From IMG/VR virus record IMGVR_UViG_3300029288_000100, positions 32,001 to 96,000 of that record: a DNA stretch of 64,000 nucleotides. One strand, given 5' to 3'. Position numbers and translations under genes: made by a program. Source of the DNA: a virus. Taxonomy: Duplodnaviria > Caudoviricetes. Under the pieces are notes generated by a model. That model made no database searches, had not been told where the DNA came from, and worked only from the letters and a program-made list of their open reading frames with translations. Position 1 is the stretch's first letter, and each line of letters begins with the position of its first letter. This document shows positions 46,086-55,875 of the stretch, in pieces.

Positions 46086-48091
46086 GCCGCGTCCTCTCCC
46101 TCGTCCTGGTCCAACAGGAAGTCGCCCATGGCCTCCGGCACGAACCCACCGAACCGCCGCGCGACCTCTTCGCGGAGCATGCGCGCGAGCTCCTGGACGG
46201 CGTCCCCACCGGCAGGTTCACTCGCACGATCCCTGGGTGTGCCTCCACCAACCTGCAGCCCGGCCCGACCTTGGGATGTCGGCTCCCCACCCCCCGGCGC
46301 TTCAGTCGAGCTGCCCTGCTTCATGATCTGGGCGAGGGTGAGCGAGAACGGCTGGTCAGGCGGGAGCAGATCCGCGTCCACCTCACCGAGGTCGCGGTTG
46401 ACGACGAGCGCCATGAGCTGGCGTGCGATCCGCGGCGTCAGCCCGCCCGTCTTCTCCGCCATGTTGAGGAGCCGCACGAGCTCCGCGTTCTCTGTGACGT
46501 TCGGCGAGAGCGAGCGGAAGGTGCTCCAGACGATCCCCAGGCGGAGCAGCACGTCGCATGTCCAGAAGCGGTCCACGCGCTGCCGCTCCGGCCCGAAGAC
46601 CTGTTCATCAGCGAGCTTGCGGGAGGCCTCGATCGTCTTGCCTGACCAATCCGAACTCCACCCTACGAATACGGGCGGAAATCGCCAGGCGCGGCGCACG
46701 CGCTCGTCGTTGTTCTTCTGGTACTCGACGAAGAGCGCGTCCGTGTGCTGCTCGCGTGTGAGCGCCTTGATCTCGATGCGCATGCTGCCCGGGTCACGGA
46801 CCGCTTCCTGGATCGGCTCCGCCTCGAGCAGGAGGAACTTGGAGTAGTTGTCGTCCCCCGCGATCGTCGACTCGACGAACTCCTGGATGCGCTCCGCGGA
46901 CTCGTCGGTGAGCTGGCCGTTCGTGACCGTGATGGCCATCGACGGGATGTTGTTGTTCTTGAAGGTCGTGTAGTTGATCTCGTCCGCCGCACGGGAGCCG
47001 AAGATCGCGAAGAGGTGCCCGTTGTAGCGCGGCAGGCCGTAGGGGCTACGCGTGCAGTAGAGCCGGAGGTGCCGGACCGCGTTCGCAGCCAGGCGGACCG
47101 GGAAGCCCACCAGCCCCTCGCGGATGACCACCCGGTCCCCGTCAAGTGTGAAGCGCGGCTCCGCTGCCTCGCTCTTCTCGAGCAGGCGGTCCCGTCGGAC
47201 CACCGAGCCGTCGCGGCAGTCGACAACCCGCGGGTCCCCGAGCTCCTTGAACCAGCGGGTACTGGTACCGACGATTTGGACGTAGGGGCGGAACCGCTTG
47301 AACCGCCGCTGCTCGCGGAGCTCGTAGTGCACATCCTCCACCACGCGGCGCTTCCGGACCTGGGCCAGAACCTCGCTGTCCGGCTCCGCGTCTACCTCCC
47401 GGAGCTGGGTAGTCTTCACGACGCGCGGCTCGAGGTACTCGGTCGGTTCTGCGTCGAGCTTCCCCAGCCGCATGGTCCAGGACGGCAGGTGGTTGAGGCC
47501 ATCGAGCTCACCGGAGCCCGGCGTCTCGAGGAACTCCACGTAGGCGTTGCCGGTCGCCTCGAGATCGCGCCGGAGCCGGTCGCGCAGGTCCTCGAAGGCC
47601 CCCTCTGGTGTCGCGTTGTTGAAGAAGTTCTCGGCGACGTCTCGTTCCCGGGCGAGCGCCTTCAGCACCTCCCGCCGGGTGTCCTCGGAGAGCGCCACGC
47701 GCGGCTCGAGCCGCCACCCGAATCCCTCGACGTTGACCGCCATCGCGTCGATACAAGGCCCGAGCTCGGTGCTGTTCTCCTGCTGCACCGCGAGGGTCAG
47801 CAGATCGTAGGGCGGCGGCACCGTCCGCCCCGCGCGCTCGAGCCCGAGGAACGGGTCCGCGGCGAGCTGCTGGCTCACCCCCGCGCTGGTGCCCTTCGTC
47901 CGGGTCGCCTCGAGCTCCGCGCGCCGCACGCGAGTGAGCCCGAGGACCGTGGCCACAAGCGCGTTGCGGTTGCGCTTGTGGACCTCGGCTACCCCCGGGT
48001 TGTCCGCGTACTTCGTGCGGATGTCCACCTCCGCGAGGGGGCGCTGGGCGCCCTCAGTCGACTTCGTGGGGGTGGTCTTGCGCGTGCTCAT
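46082..48091 (-). CDS. Portal protein (PBSX-like)
   Basis: PPYD, DLEATGNAYVE, YGLPRY, FKNNNIP, AWRFPP. Confidence 0.9.
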   Translation of the reverse strand: MSTRKTTPTKSTEGAQRPLAEVDIRTKYADNPGVAEVHKRNRNALVATVLGLTRVRRAELEATRTKGTSAGVSQQLAADPFLGLERAGRTVPPPYDLLTLAVQQENSTELGPCIDAMAVNVEGFGWRLEPRVALSEDTRREVLKALARERDVAENFFNNATPEGAFEDLRDRLRRDLEATGNAYVEFLETPGSGELDGLNHLPSWTMRLGKLDAEPTEYLEPRVVKTTQLREVDAEPDSEVLAQVRKRRVVEDVHYELREQRRFKRFRPYVQIVGTSTRWFKELGDPRVVDCRDGSVVRRDRLLEKSEAAEPRFTLDGDRVVIREGLVGFPVRLAANAVRHLRLYCTRSPYGLPRYNGHLFAIFGSRAADEINYTTFKNNNIPSMAITVTNGQLTDESAERIQEFVESTIAGDDNYSKFLLLEAEPIQEAVRDPGSMRIEIKALTREQHTDALFVEYQKNNDERVRRAWRFPPVFVGWSSDWSGKTIEASRKLADEQVFGPERQRVDRFWTCDVLLRLGIVWSTFRSLSPNVTENAELVRLLNMAEKTGGLTPRIARQLMALVVNRDLGEVDADLLPPDQPFSLTLAQIMKQGSSTEAPGGGEPTSQGRAGLQVGGGTPRDRASEPAGGDAVQELARMLREEVARRFGGFVPEAMGDFLLDQDEGEDAA

Positions 48092-48094
48092 GGC

Positions 48095-48505
48095 CTACCT
48101 GGTGCGCAGGCGAGGCGGCAGCACGTCGGCCCAGCGCGACTTGCTGACCCGGTCGAGGTCCAGGAACTGCCCGGGATCACTCTTGGCGAGCTTCTCGGCG
48201 CCCCCGCCCTCGCCCCCGCCCTCGCCGGCTATCGGCACGAACGCCACCCGCACCTCGACCGGCTCGGCGAAGGTGAACTCCCCCTTCGCGTCCCGCGTGA
48301 AGTCCGCCCGGAAAAGGCGCCCCGTGTTCATGTCCTGCACGATCACGTGGTCCTCGTAGATGCCCTGCAGCCACGCATCGAGCGACCCGTCCGCGAGCAC
48401 GATCCGGTTGGTCTGCACCGCCTGCTGCAGGGCGGAGACGAACTGCCAGAGCTCCTCGCCCTCCCGGAGCTGCATCTTGCGGACGTGCACGAAGTGCTTG
48501 CTCAT
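48095..48505 (-). CDS. Head-associated hypothetical protein
   Basis: Start MSKHF at 48505 (SD AAGGA); IYEDHVIV...LFRADF...FAEPVEV resembles a domain seen in phage head proteins. Confidence 0.65.
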   Translation of the reverse strand: MSKHFVHVRKMQLREGEELWQFVSALQQAVQTNRIVLADGSLDAWLQGIYEDHVIVQDMNTGRLFRADFTRDAKGEFTFAEPVEVRVAFVPIAGEGGGEGGGAEKLAKSDPGQFLDLDRVSKSRWADVLPPRLRTR

Positions 48506-48519
48506 GACGTTTCTTCCTT

Positions 48520-50028
48520 TCACGCGGCGTGGAGCGCGTTGCGCCTGGCACCGAAGAGACCCACCTTGTTCTTTCGCTTGCGGCGCGCGCCGAAGACCGT
48601 GCCGAGCGCGACCGCGAGGTCGAGCGCGTCGAAGGCGTCGTCGAACTTCCCCCTCGGGAACGCGAGGAGCTGGTCCTCGAGCTTCTGGGCGCCCCTTCGG
48701 GGGTGCCAGATGCGGCCGTTCTCGTACCGGGCAGAGAGCTTCCACGCCCGGGTGACCTTGTCCTTCATCGTGGGGACTGGAACGCAGCGGTCCCCAATGC
48801 GCTCACCGAGCGCCATGTAGACGGCGTACAAGCGTGACTTCTGGAACGCGTTCGACTCGATCCCGAAGCGGATGGGGTCCCACTCGTCGAAGATGAACTT
48901 CGCCCGCGCGATCTGCTGGTCGTAGGGGATGTGCATGTGGAAGATCGCGAGGAGGTAGATGTCGAGCGCGTCATAGCCGCGGCGGTCGTCGATCCCGATC
49001 ACCGCGTCCGCGTACTCGTCGCCCTGCTCGCTCTCCCCGATCGCCAGATCACAGCCGGCCCAGACCTTGAGTTCCTTGGCCTTGACCAGGGCCTTCGGCG
49101 CCTCGTCGTAGTGCTGGAACATCTCGTCGCGGAAGATGCTCCCCTTCATGCGCTTGGTGCTCTGCTGGTACTGGGAGTCGAAGTTCGCGCTCCCCATCGA
49201 CACGCGAAGCGCCCGGAGGTCCTCGGTGGGCGCCATCTCCTCGCAGACCGAGACGCCCTCTGGATCGATCTCACCGGTCTCCGGGTTGACGAGCGCCGGC
49301 ACCTCGCAGATGTTGCCCTTGAACTTTGGGTCGTTCTCTTCGCAGTGGTGGAAAAGATCCTCGGGGTTGTAGCGCGTACCGACGAGATCGAGCTCGCCGG
49401 GTGTGTTGTCGTCCCGGACCATCATCAGCGCGGGCACGAGCGTCTTGTAGAAGAACGTCACCAACCGCTCACGCTCGCCCTCAGCGCGGGAGTTCTTCTC
49501 GTCGATGAGGTCGTCTGCTTTGACGTGGTCGAAGTGCTTGGAGGTCACGGCGCCGTCCGCGCCGGTCGCCATCCACGTCGGTTCCTTGAAGGAGCGCGTG
49601 CGCGTCTTGATGGTTGCTTCGCCTGTGCCCCACTTCGATCCCTTGAGGTCCCCGAAGAGCTCGAGGAAGCGCTCCACCTCGAACGCCCCTTGGACCTCAG
49701 TCAGGATGTCCTTTGCCTGGTCGCGAGTACGGGACCCGATGAGGATGCGAACGTTCGGCTGGACGAGCGGCAGGAGCACCGAGTCGGTGACCGTGAGGAT
49801 CGTCGACTTTCCAAAGCCGCGGGGGGCGAGGTACATCCGCCACGGGCCCGGCAGTGCGCGTTTCGCCTGGATGAGGAGCCAGTGGAAAGGAAGGATCTGG
49901 TAGCCGATCACCCGCGCGAGCACATCGAGGCGCCGATCCTCCAGGATCAGCTTGCGCTGGAGCGCCGCCTTCGCGTTGTAGAGGCGGTCCAGCTCGAGCT
50001 GCAGTTCCTGGGCGGACGGTGCGTGCAT
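48520..50028 (-). CDS. terL: Terminase large subunit
   Basis: APRGFGKST, KADDLID, GTRY, SQYQQ, GCDLA, IESNAFQ, FDDAFDA. Confidence 0.93.
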   Translation of the reverse strand: MHAPSAQELQLELDRLYNAKAALQRKLILEDRRLDVLARVIGYQILPFHWLLIQAKRALPGPWRMYLAPRGFGKSTILTVTDSVLLPLVQPNVRILIGSRTRDQAKDILTEVQGAFEVERFLELFGDLKGSKWGTGEATIKTRTRSFKEPTWMATGADGAVTSKHFDHVKADDLIDEKNSRAEGERERLVTFFYKTLVPALMMVRDDNTPGELDLVGTRYNPEDLFHHCEENDPKFKGNICEVPALVNPETGEIDPEGVSVCEEMAPTEDLRALRVSMGSANFDSQYQQSTKRMKGSIFRDEMFQHYDEAPKALVKAKELKVWAGCDLAIGESEQGDEYADAVIGIDDRRGYDALDIYLLAIFHMHIPYDQQIARAKFIFDEWDPIRFGIESNAFQKSRLYAVYMALGERIGDRCVPVPTMKDKVTRAWKLSARYENGRIWHPRRGAQKLEDQLLAFPRGKFDDAFDALDLAVALGTVFGARRKRKNKVGLFGARRNALHAA

Positions 50029-50113
50029 CTGCGTTCACACCAGCACGGGTGCGAGCGCGATCCCAAACAGGATGAGCGGGGGACTGGGTGGTGAAGATCC
50101 TGGAACTTCAGCG

Positions 50114-50800
50114 TTATGGCGTCCGCCGGAGTTCAGGCAGGGCCCGGCGGATGCTGCTCGCGGAGATTGCAGCGGACACGCTCGCGGACCCGCGTACAAC
50201 GATCCCAACCAGTCGCCCACGGCGGTCGACAAGCGGCGCCCCGCTCCAGCCGGGCTCGAGCGGGTGCCCGATGAGCGTCACCGAGTGGTCCGGGGTATAC
50301 GAGACGACGGACGCGACTGCGGCACCGAACGTGTCTTGCGGCGCACCGACCAGGAGCACTGGCTCACCGTAGGCGGCGTCATCTGAGGCGAGCGGTAACC
50401 AGTCGGGTGTTCCACTCCCCTCATCAAGCCGCAGGAGTGCCAGGTCACGTGTCACATCCTCGCGCAGGGGACCCTGGGCAGATGCCATCCCGGAGAGCGA
50501 CTTGACCACACGTGCCCAGTGCCTCGAACCGTTGTGCAGCTCGATGGTCAGTCCACCACCACCCTTCAGCGCGTGCCCCACCGTGAGTATCTCCCGGCTC
50601 GAGATGAACACCCCACAGCCGACCGCCCCACCTGGAACCCATCGAGCTGGACCTTCACGGAGGGCCACCGTGGCCCTCCGGGCGATTTCGGCCATCTCCT
50701 GTGTCACCGGTGCCCGGTGACACGCCGGCAGCAACCACGCGATCGTGAGGATCAGTGTCAGTTGGGTGCGCATCAGACCAGGTCCTCTCATGCCCGACAC
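50114..50800 (-). CDS. Trypsin-like (S1) serine protease, putative lipoprotein
   Basis: Triad TVGHAL / RDLALL / PGWSGAP; N-terminal LLPAC. Confidence 0.85.
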   Translation of the reverse strand: MSGMRGPGLMRTQLTLILTIAWLLPACHRAPVTQEMAEIARRATVALREGPARWVPGGAVGCGVFISSREILTVGHALKGGGGLTIELHNGSRHWARVVKSLSGMASAQGPLREDVTRDLALLRLDEGSGTPDWLPLASDDAAYGEPVLLVGAPQDTFGAAVASVVSYTPDHSVTLIGHPLEPGWSGAPLVDRRGRLVGIVVRGSASVSAAISASSIRRALPELRRTP

Positions 50801-50801
50801 A

Positions 50802-51095
50802 TCAGCGGCGACAGACCCCAGATTCAGGGCACGGCGACACCCCGTTGACCTGCACGCCGACGTAGAAGGTCCTGTTGAGCGGGTTCGGGATCCGCGAGAT
50901 CAGCACCGTGTCGAACCCGGTCGGCCACGGTCTCCGGTACTGCGCGGCCGCAGTCTCGAGCCACCGGTCAAGGTCGATCGCCCGCGGGGCCAGAGATCCG
51001 GTGAGAAGGGGTCGCATTTCTGTGTGCTGATGGACGGCGAGCAGCAAACCCCCCACGATCAGCAACCAGACGATCACTCCGAAGATCCTCTTCAT
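50802..51095 (-). CDS. Small membrane-anchored protein
   Basis: MKRIFGVIVWLLIVGGLLLAV; SD AGGAGG. Confidence 0.6.
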   Translation of the reverse strand: MKRIFGVIVWLLIVGGLLLAVHQHTEMRPLLTGSLAPRAIDLDRWLETAAAQYRRPWPTGFDTVLISRIPNPLNRTFYVGVQVNGVSPCPESGVCRR

Positions 51096-51114
51096 GCGGT
51101 CCTCCTGCCGAACT

Positions 51115-51519
51115 TCATTGCGCGTCCTCACACCGGACCACCTCCGCGGAGCGCCGGCACCGCAGCTCCACCGATCGCCCGACCTCGCCAACGAAGGCGG
51201 TCCAGGTGTCTTCCCCCGGGCGCCGCTCCAGCTCGACGGTGAGCACCCCGGCCCTGTTGGAGCGGATCTGCAGCCGCGGTGACCGCTTCGTTGGCTCCGT
51301 CACGAGGCGCAGGCGTAGTGGTTGCGCGCTCCGGAAGTCCGTCTCGGAGGTGCGACGACGCAGCTCGAAGCCGCCCACGGACTGCGTGACCCCCAGGGTT
51401 CCGGGCTCGTCGCGGATCAGGCGGTAGCTGAAGTCGAGGGTGAGCGTCACCCGGTTCGGTCCGGGCTCTGCCGGACACCCGATCGCGAGCAGTGCGGTCA
51501 CCACCACCAGGTACCGCAC
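51115..51519 (-). CDS. Putative lipoprotein
   Basis: (M)RYLVVVTALLAIGC lipobox; start reassigned to GTG 51519. Confidence 0.6.
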   Translation of the reverse strand: MRYLVVVTALLAIGCPAEPGPNRVTLTLDFSYRLIRDEPGTLGVTQSVGGFELRRRTSETDFRSAQPLRLRLVTEPTKRSPRLQIRSNRAGVLTVELERRPGEDTWTAFVGEVGRSVELRCRRSAEVVRCEDAQ

Positions 51520-51521
51520 GG

Positions 51522-53201
51522 TCAGTTCCCGTCCGGGGTCGGGTATACGTGGTTGAGCACGCAGCACCAGTTGCCAGTGCAGTAGGGCGTCCCGTTGACC
51601 CCAGCCTCTCGGTTGTAGGGGACAGGCGGCACCGGGGAACCCGGCGTCCGCACGCGACAAAGGTAGTCGTACTTGCGGTAGCGCGACGCGAGGTGTGCGT
51701 CGTACGAGTATCCACCATCAACCCCCGCCAGTGGTGGCCATGGCTTCTGCGCCTCAGACAGCACAACCGTCAGGTGATCTGCACCACAACCGGGATCACG
51801 GACCCCGGTGAAGTTGAGCGCCAGCATGATGTCGCCGCGTGCTTGGCTCTTGTAGGCCTGATCAGAGAGTAGATTCGCAGTGCTGCACCACCCCGCTGGA
51901 GCTGAGACGGTGATTGAGCGCGTCACTGGCAGCGCCCCCACAATCACGGCTGTCAGGTGATCGAATCTCTCTGTTGTCTGTACTGGAGTGGTGCCGCTTA
52001 GCGTCACGCCGTCCACCGTGGTGGCAACGAACATCACCTTCGCGGTCGTCGCCGCATCAGCCACCACAGAGAGCCGCTGGCCGTTGATCAGATTGCCGCG
52101 GTTGTCGGTATAGGTGCGGATCCCCCTGGTTAGCGCGGCCGCTGCTAGTGTCGTGACGATCTGCCCTCCTGTCGTGCTGGAGATCGTGATCGTCCCGGTA
52201 GGTGTCCAGTTCGCTGCTGCACCAGCGAACGTGCTCCAGTTGACCCAACCAACCACCGGAGTTGTACCGTTCGACGCGTTCGTGGTGATCGTTTCCACTC
52301 GCGGGAACCCGAGCGTGTCGAACCCGTAGATTACGACACCTTTCGCCTTGTCGTTCGCGACCGCACTCGAGCTTGCGACCGTGAGCGTGCTACCGCTCGT
52401 CGGCTGGTTGGTCACATCGGAGTCCAGTCCGGCGAAGCTCGGGCTGGTCCAGGCCGACAGGTGCATCCACCCGCGGTTGTTCGACACGAATTGACAGCAG
52501 CGCGGCTGGTACACCGCTCCACTGTCAGATCGACCCGGACACCCTGCTTCGGTGCTGCACCCCGCGTCTGGTATGAACTCCAGTGATCCGCAGCCACGTT
52601 TACATCCAATCGGGTCGTTCCACTGGGCATGATTCGCGTCGACGATTCCACCACCGTCTGCCGGAATGTACGGGCCCCGTGAACAGCGCGGAACCACCCC
52701 GAGCGCGACGCACCCAGCGTCCGTGCAGAGCGTCCCCGCGTCGTTACCAGTCTCCCAGGGCGACGGGTCACTCCAGGTTGGCGCCGACTCCGCGAGACCA
52801 AGCCAGTGAACACTGTCCACGACGCGCGTCCCGTTCGTCCCGCGGAAGATCAGTTTGTGCCAACCCAACCCCAGTGGGACGTCGATCGACCACCGGCCCG
52901 CCTGTGTCAGCGTTGTGGAGGCGACCAGGTTCGCGAAGTCCCCGTCATACACTTGGAGCAGGGTGTTCGCCGCGCTGACGTGCCCGACGAGTTTCACGAC
53001 CCAGATCCTTGCTCCGCTCTCAGTCGAGGCGTCGGTCGGACGCTTGGCGATCCCAAGGTCACTCAGCATCGAGAGACACTGCCCTCTGTTGACGTTCGGC
53101 GTGAGCCGGGAGACAGGCTCGATGAAGATCACACCCAGCACGATCGCGGCAGTCGTTACCGCGCCGACCGCCACGCCGAAAATGATCCGCTTGGTTGACA
53201 T
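51522..53201 (-). CDS. Cys-rich membrane-anchored/secreted multidomain protein
   Basis: N-terminal TM, Ig-like segment, DAG-C repeats, Thr-rich beta domain. Confidence 0.7.
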   Translation of the reverse strand: MSTKRIIFGVAVGAVTTAAIVLGVIFIEPVSRLTPNVNRGQCLSMLSDLGIAKRPTDASTESGARIWVVKLVGHVSAANTLLQVYDGDFANLVASTTLTQAGRWSIDVPLGLGWHKLIFRGTNGTRVVDSVHWLGLAESAPTWSDPSPWETGNDAGTLCTDAGCVALGVVPRCSRGPYIPADGGGIVDANHAQWNDPIGCKRGCGSLEFIPDAGCSTEAGCPGRSDSGAVYQPRCCQFVSNNRGWMHLSAWTSPSFAGLDSDVTNQPTSGSTLTVASSSAVANDKAKGVVIYGFDTLGFPRVETITTNASNGTTPVVGWVNWSTFAGAAANWTPTGTITISSTTGGQIVTTLAAAALTRGIRTYTDNRGNLINGQRLSVVADAATTAKVMFVATTVDGVTLSGTTPVQTTERFDHLTAVIVGALPVTRSITVSAPAGWCSTANLLSDQAYKSQARGDIMLALNFTGVRDPGCGADHLTVVLSEAQKPWPPLAGVDGGYSYDAHLASRYRKYDYLCRVRTPGSPVPPVPYNREAGVNGTPYCTGNWCCVLNHVYPTPDGN

Positions 53202-53204
53202 GGG

Positions 53205-54785
53205 CTACTCCTCGAGCGTCAGGGAGGCCGCGCCCCAGGTCAGCAGATTGGCCTGGTCCATCTGACTGTGGACGATCAGGTCCCCGAGGTGCGCGTTGTA
53301 ATCCGCCCAGAGCTCGGCGACGAGGGTGGTCAGTGAGGCGAGGTCGGCGGCGTCCGCGGCAGCGACCTCGTGCACGGTGTCGTCCTGCATGTGAACGTCG
53401 GCAGTCCCGGGGTCTGCCGCGGCGACCGCGTTCACGTTGTCGGGCGCGCCATGGACCGCGGGGGGACCACCTTCGAGCACTCGGTGCGCCTCGTACTGCG
53501 CCTTGAGGTCGATGCAGAGTGCGGCGACCTCAAGGAGGTTGACGCAGATTGGCTCAGTGACGACGTCCGTTTCGTCGACCGCCCCGTGCACCCCGCCGTC
53601 CGTCAGGACGCGGTGCGCCTCGTACTTCTCGCGGATCTGGTTCGCGAGCGTCACCGCGGTCCCGATGTCCGCAGCGTCCGCCGCGTCCACCACGTTGACG
53701 CCGTCGGCCGCCCCGTGCACCCCACCCTCGAGCACGCGGTGTGCGTTGTAGTCATCCTTCATCTCCGTGAGGAGGGCGCAGCACTCCTCGAGCAGCGAGT
53801 CCTCGAGCCGGTGGAGATTGAACTGCGTCTTGATGTCATTGGCGAGGTCCTGCGCGGTCGCCAGGTCCACTGCAGTCGCCGCGGTCACCGCGTTAGCGTT
53901 GTCCGGGTGCGCGTGTACGCCCGGGGTCAACACCCGGTGCATCTCGTACAACACCTTGAGTCGGTTCAGCAGATCGACCTGTGAAGGAAAGTCGTTGGCT
54001 GGATCGACCGCAGCGATGACCGAGACGAAGTCGTCTGAGGCCGCGGTCACAGGGAGCAAGCGGCGCGCGCCCGCCGGGAGGTAGGTCGACCCAGCGACGC
54101 CCCGCTCGGCCGCGACGATCGCGTCCCCCTGCTTGAACCACAGCGCCCGGTCCGCGACCAGCTCCCAGAGCCCCTCGGCGAGCTGCACGGAACGAACCGC
54201 CATCGAGGCGACGCCCAGCACCTGCCCACCCGTCCCGAGCTTGACCCCCGCGAAGCGCCGCCCGAGCGCGAGCAGAGTGGCCTCAGTCGCGAAGTTCTCC
54301 GCGGAGAGGGAAGCCAGGCTGCCGACCATCGAGAGGAGGTAGGTGAGCACCTCGACGGTCCGGTCCGCGTCGTTCCCCTCATGCTTCGCGTCCCCCGCCA
54401 CGAGGACGTCGACCGATGTTGGATTTCCCTCCACCGCGTGGACACGGAGGAGAACAACCCCATCTCCGACGACCAGCGCGAAGCTCCCGTTGTCCGCGAG
54501 CGGCGGCGTGATGTAGCCGGTCGGCACGTACCTCCGCTGCAGCGCGCCCGCGCCATCGCGGTAGCTCGCGAGCTTGAGCTGCTGGAGAGTGACGGTCGGC
54601 GCCGCCCCACCTGCGAGCCGCACGAACCCGGTGATCGTCCGCCAGCCGGAGCAGTTGAGCGCGAGAGCCGGGTCGAGGTCGGCTAGCACCGCGGTGTCGG
54701 GCACGACGGGTGCCCCGACCAGCCTGCGGTGGTAGCGGTACTCCGGTCTGGGGGCGAGAACGTTGTCGTGGCGAGTCGCTTCCAT
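53205..54785 (-). CDS. Protein with His-containing tandem repeats (possible head fibre/decoration)
   Basis: Start MEATRH at 54785 (SD GGAGG); repeated Y(N/E)AHR-x5-GVH-x3-D units. Confidence 0.7.
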   Translation of the reverse strand: MEATRHDNVLAPRPEYRYHRRLVGAPVVPDTAVLADLDPALALNCSGWRTITGFVRLAGGAAPTVTLQQLKLASYRDGAGALQRRYVPTGYITPPLADNGSFALVVGDGVVLLRVHAVEGNPTSVDVLVAGDAKHEGNDADRTVEVLTYLLSMVGSLASLSAENFATEATLLALGRRFAGVKLGTGGQVLGVASMAVRSVQLAEGLWELVADRALWFKQGDAIVAAERGVAGSTYLPAGARRLLPVTAASDDFVSVIAAVDPANDFPSQVDLLNRLKVLYEMHRVLTPGVHAHPDNANAVTAATAVDLATAQDLANDIKTQFNLHRLEDSLLEECCALLTEMKDDYNAHRVLEGGVHGAADGVNVVDAADAADIGTAVTLANQIREKYEAHRVLTDGGVHGAVDETDVVTEPICVNLLEVAALCIDLKAQYEAHRVLEGGPPAVHGAPDNVNAVAAADPGTADVHMQDDTVHEVAAADAADLASLTTLVAELWADYNAHLGDLIVHSQMDQANLLTWGAASLTLEE

Positions 54786-54839
54786 GGGTGGAACCTCCAC
54801 CCGCACGCTATCCGCGCCGATGGGACGTCGCCGAGCAGA

Positions 54840-55640
54840 ATGAGCACGTCGCGCTGGATACAGGTGGACATGCCGAAGAAAGCCAAGGACCTGGACCTGA
54901 AGCTGAACGAGGGAGCGCGGGCCCGCGCCGAGCTGGTGGCGCGCGAAGGCCCCCAGGGGGTGGGGGAGGAGATGTCCCGCCAGAAACGGGACGTGGCGCA
55001 GTACCGCGCGGGCCTCGCCCTGCTCTGGGATGATGGGCGCATCCTCGCGGAGACCGGGTGGAGCGCCCAGAAGCTCTCCGCTATCCGAGAGCTGGTCAGC
55101 CAGCTCGACGAGCAGGTCGCAAAGGGGACGGACACCGCGCGTGTCTGGGCGGAGTACCGGGAGCAGCAGTTCCAGTGTGCGCGCGAGCTCGAGGACCTCG
55201 CCGCCATCTTCCGCGGGTCGAGCCAGTTCAACGCGCTCGTCGCCGCGGTGAAGGCGCGCTCGGACATCCTGACCGGGCTCCTCAAGGCCGGGCAGGACCT
55301 GGGCGTCATCAACCGCGCGAGCAAGAAGATCGAGATCCGCGGCAAGGTGGACGTGAATCGCCTCTCGGTTGAAGAGCTCCGCGTGCACCTCCGGCTGGAG
55401 CTCCAGGAGCTGGAGTCGATGTTGAAGCTCCCGGACGAGCGCAAGCCCCACAAGTTGCTCTCGCGCAGCCCGGCAGACGCCGTCCTGAACCGCATCCTGA
55501 GCGGCGCGGGGAAGTCGCGGGTGATTGAGGCAGAGGCGGAAGCGGTGGGGGAGGTGGACTCGGAGCCTGACCGGGATAGTGAACCTGCCCCGCGGGAGCC
55601 GCGCGTGCGCCGGCTGGCGGAGGACGAGGACGAAAGTTAG
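54840..55640 (+). CDS. Helical protein, possible terminase small subunit
   Basis: KKIEIRGKVDVNRLSVEELR resembles TerS C-termini; strong coding GC3; start uncertain (54840 or 54870). Confidence 0.45.
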   Translation: MSTSRWIQVDMPKKAKDLDLKLNEGARARAELVAREGPQGVGEEMSRQKRDVAQYRAGLALLWDDGRILAETGWSAQKLSAIRELVSQLDEQVAKGTDTARVWAEYREQQFQCARELEDLAAIFRGSSQFNALVAAVKARSDILTGLLKAGQDLGVINRASKKIEIRGKVDVNRLSVEELRVHLRLELQELESMLKLPDERKPHKLLSRSPADAVLNRILSGAGKSRVIEAEAEAVGEVDSEPDRDSEPAPREPRVRRLAEDEDES

Positions 55641-55840
55641 CCGCCCTCGTCTGCGCCCGGGCCACGCTGCGGATTCCACTCGGCGAGGTCCTCTGCCTTC
55701 ACCAGCCAAGACCGCCCGACCTGGAATGCTGGCAGCTTTCCGTCCTGCACCGCCTGGAAGACCGCGATCCGGGAACACCCCTTCAGCTCTGCGACCTCCG
55801 GGAGGGTGTAGAGCTCTTTCTTGATCCGCTTCTTGGGCAT
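55637..55840 (-). CDS. HTH_17 (excisionase/MerR-like) DNA-binding protein
   Basis: YTLPEVAELKGCSRIAV...GKLPAFQVGRSWLV. Confidence 0.85.
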   Translation of the reverse strand: MPKKRIKKELYTLPEVAELKGCSRIAVFQAVQDGKLPAFQVGRSWLVKAEDLAEWNPQRGPGADEGG

Positions 55841-55846
55841 GACCAT

Positions 55847-55875
55847 AGCTTAACCCCCGTCAAGGAATGACGCAA
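55847..55875 (-). promoter_or_regulatory. Promoter TTGCGT-17-TAAGCT with operator CTTAACCCCCGTCAAG (55849-55864)
   Basis: Read directly; 6 nt upstream of ATG 55840. Confidence 0.6.

Noticed and set aside
16971-48091. Stand-alone eCIS, tailocin or GTA
   Set aside because: Capsid, portal, terminase, replication, repressor and integrase are all present, which fits a phage.
54786-55778. 331-aa N-terminal extension of the His-repeat ORF
   Set aside because: Antisense to the plus-strand gene 54840-55640; SD supports ATG 54785.
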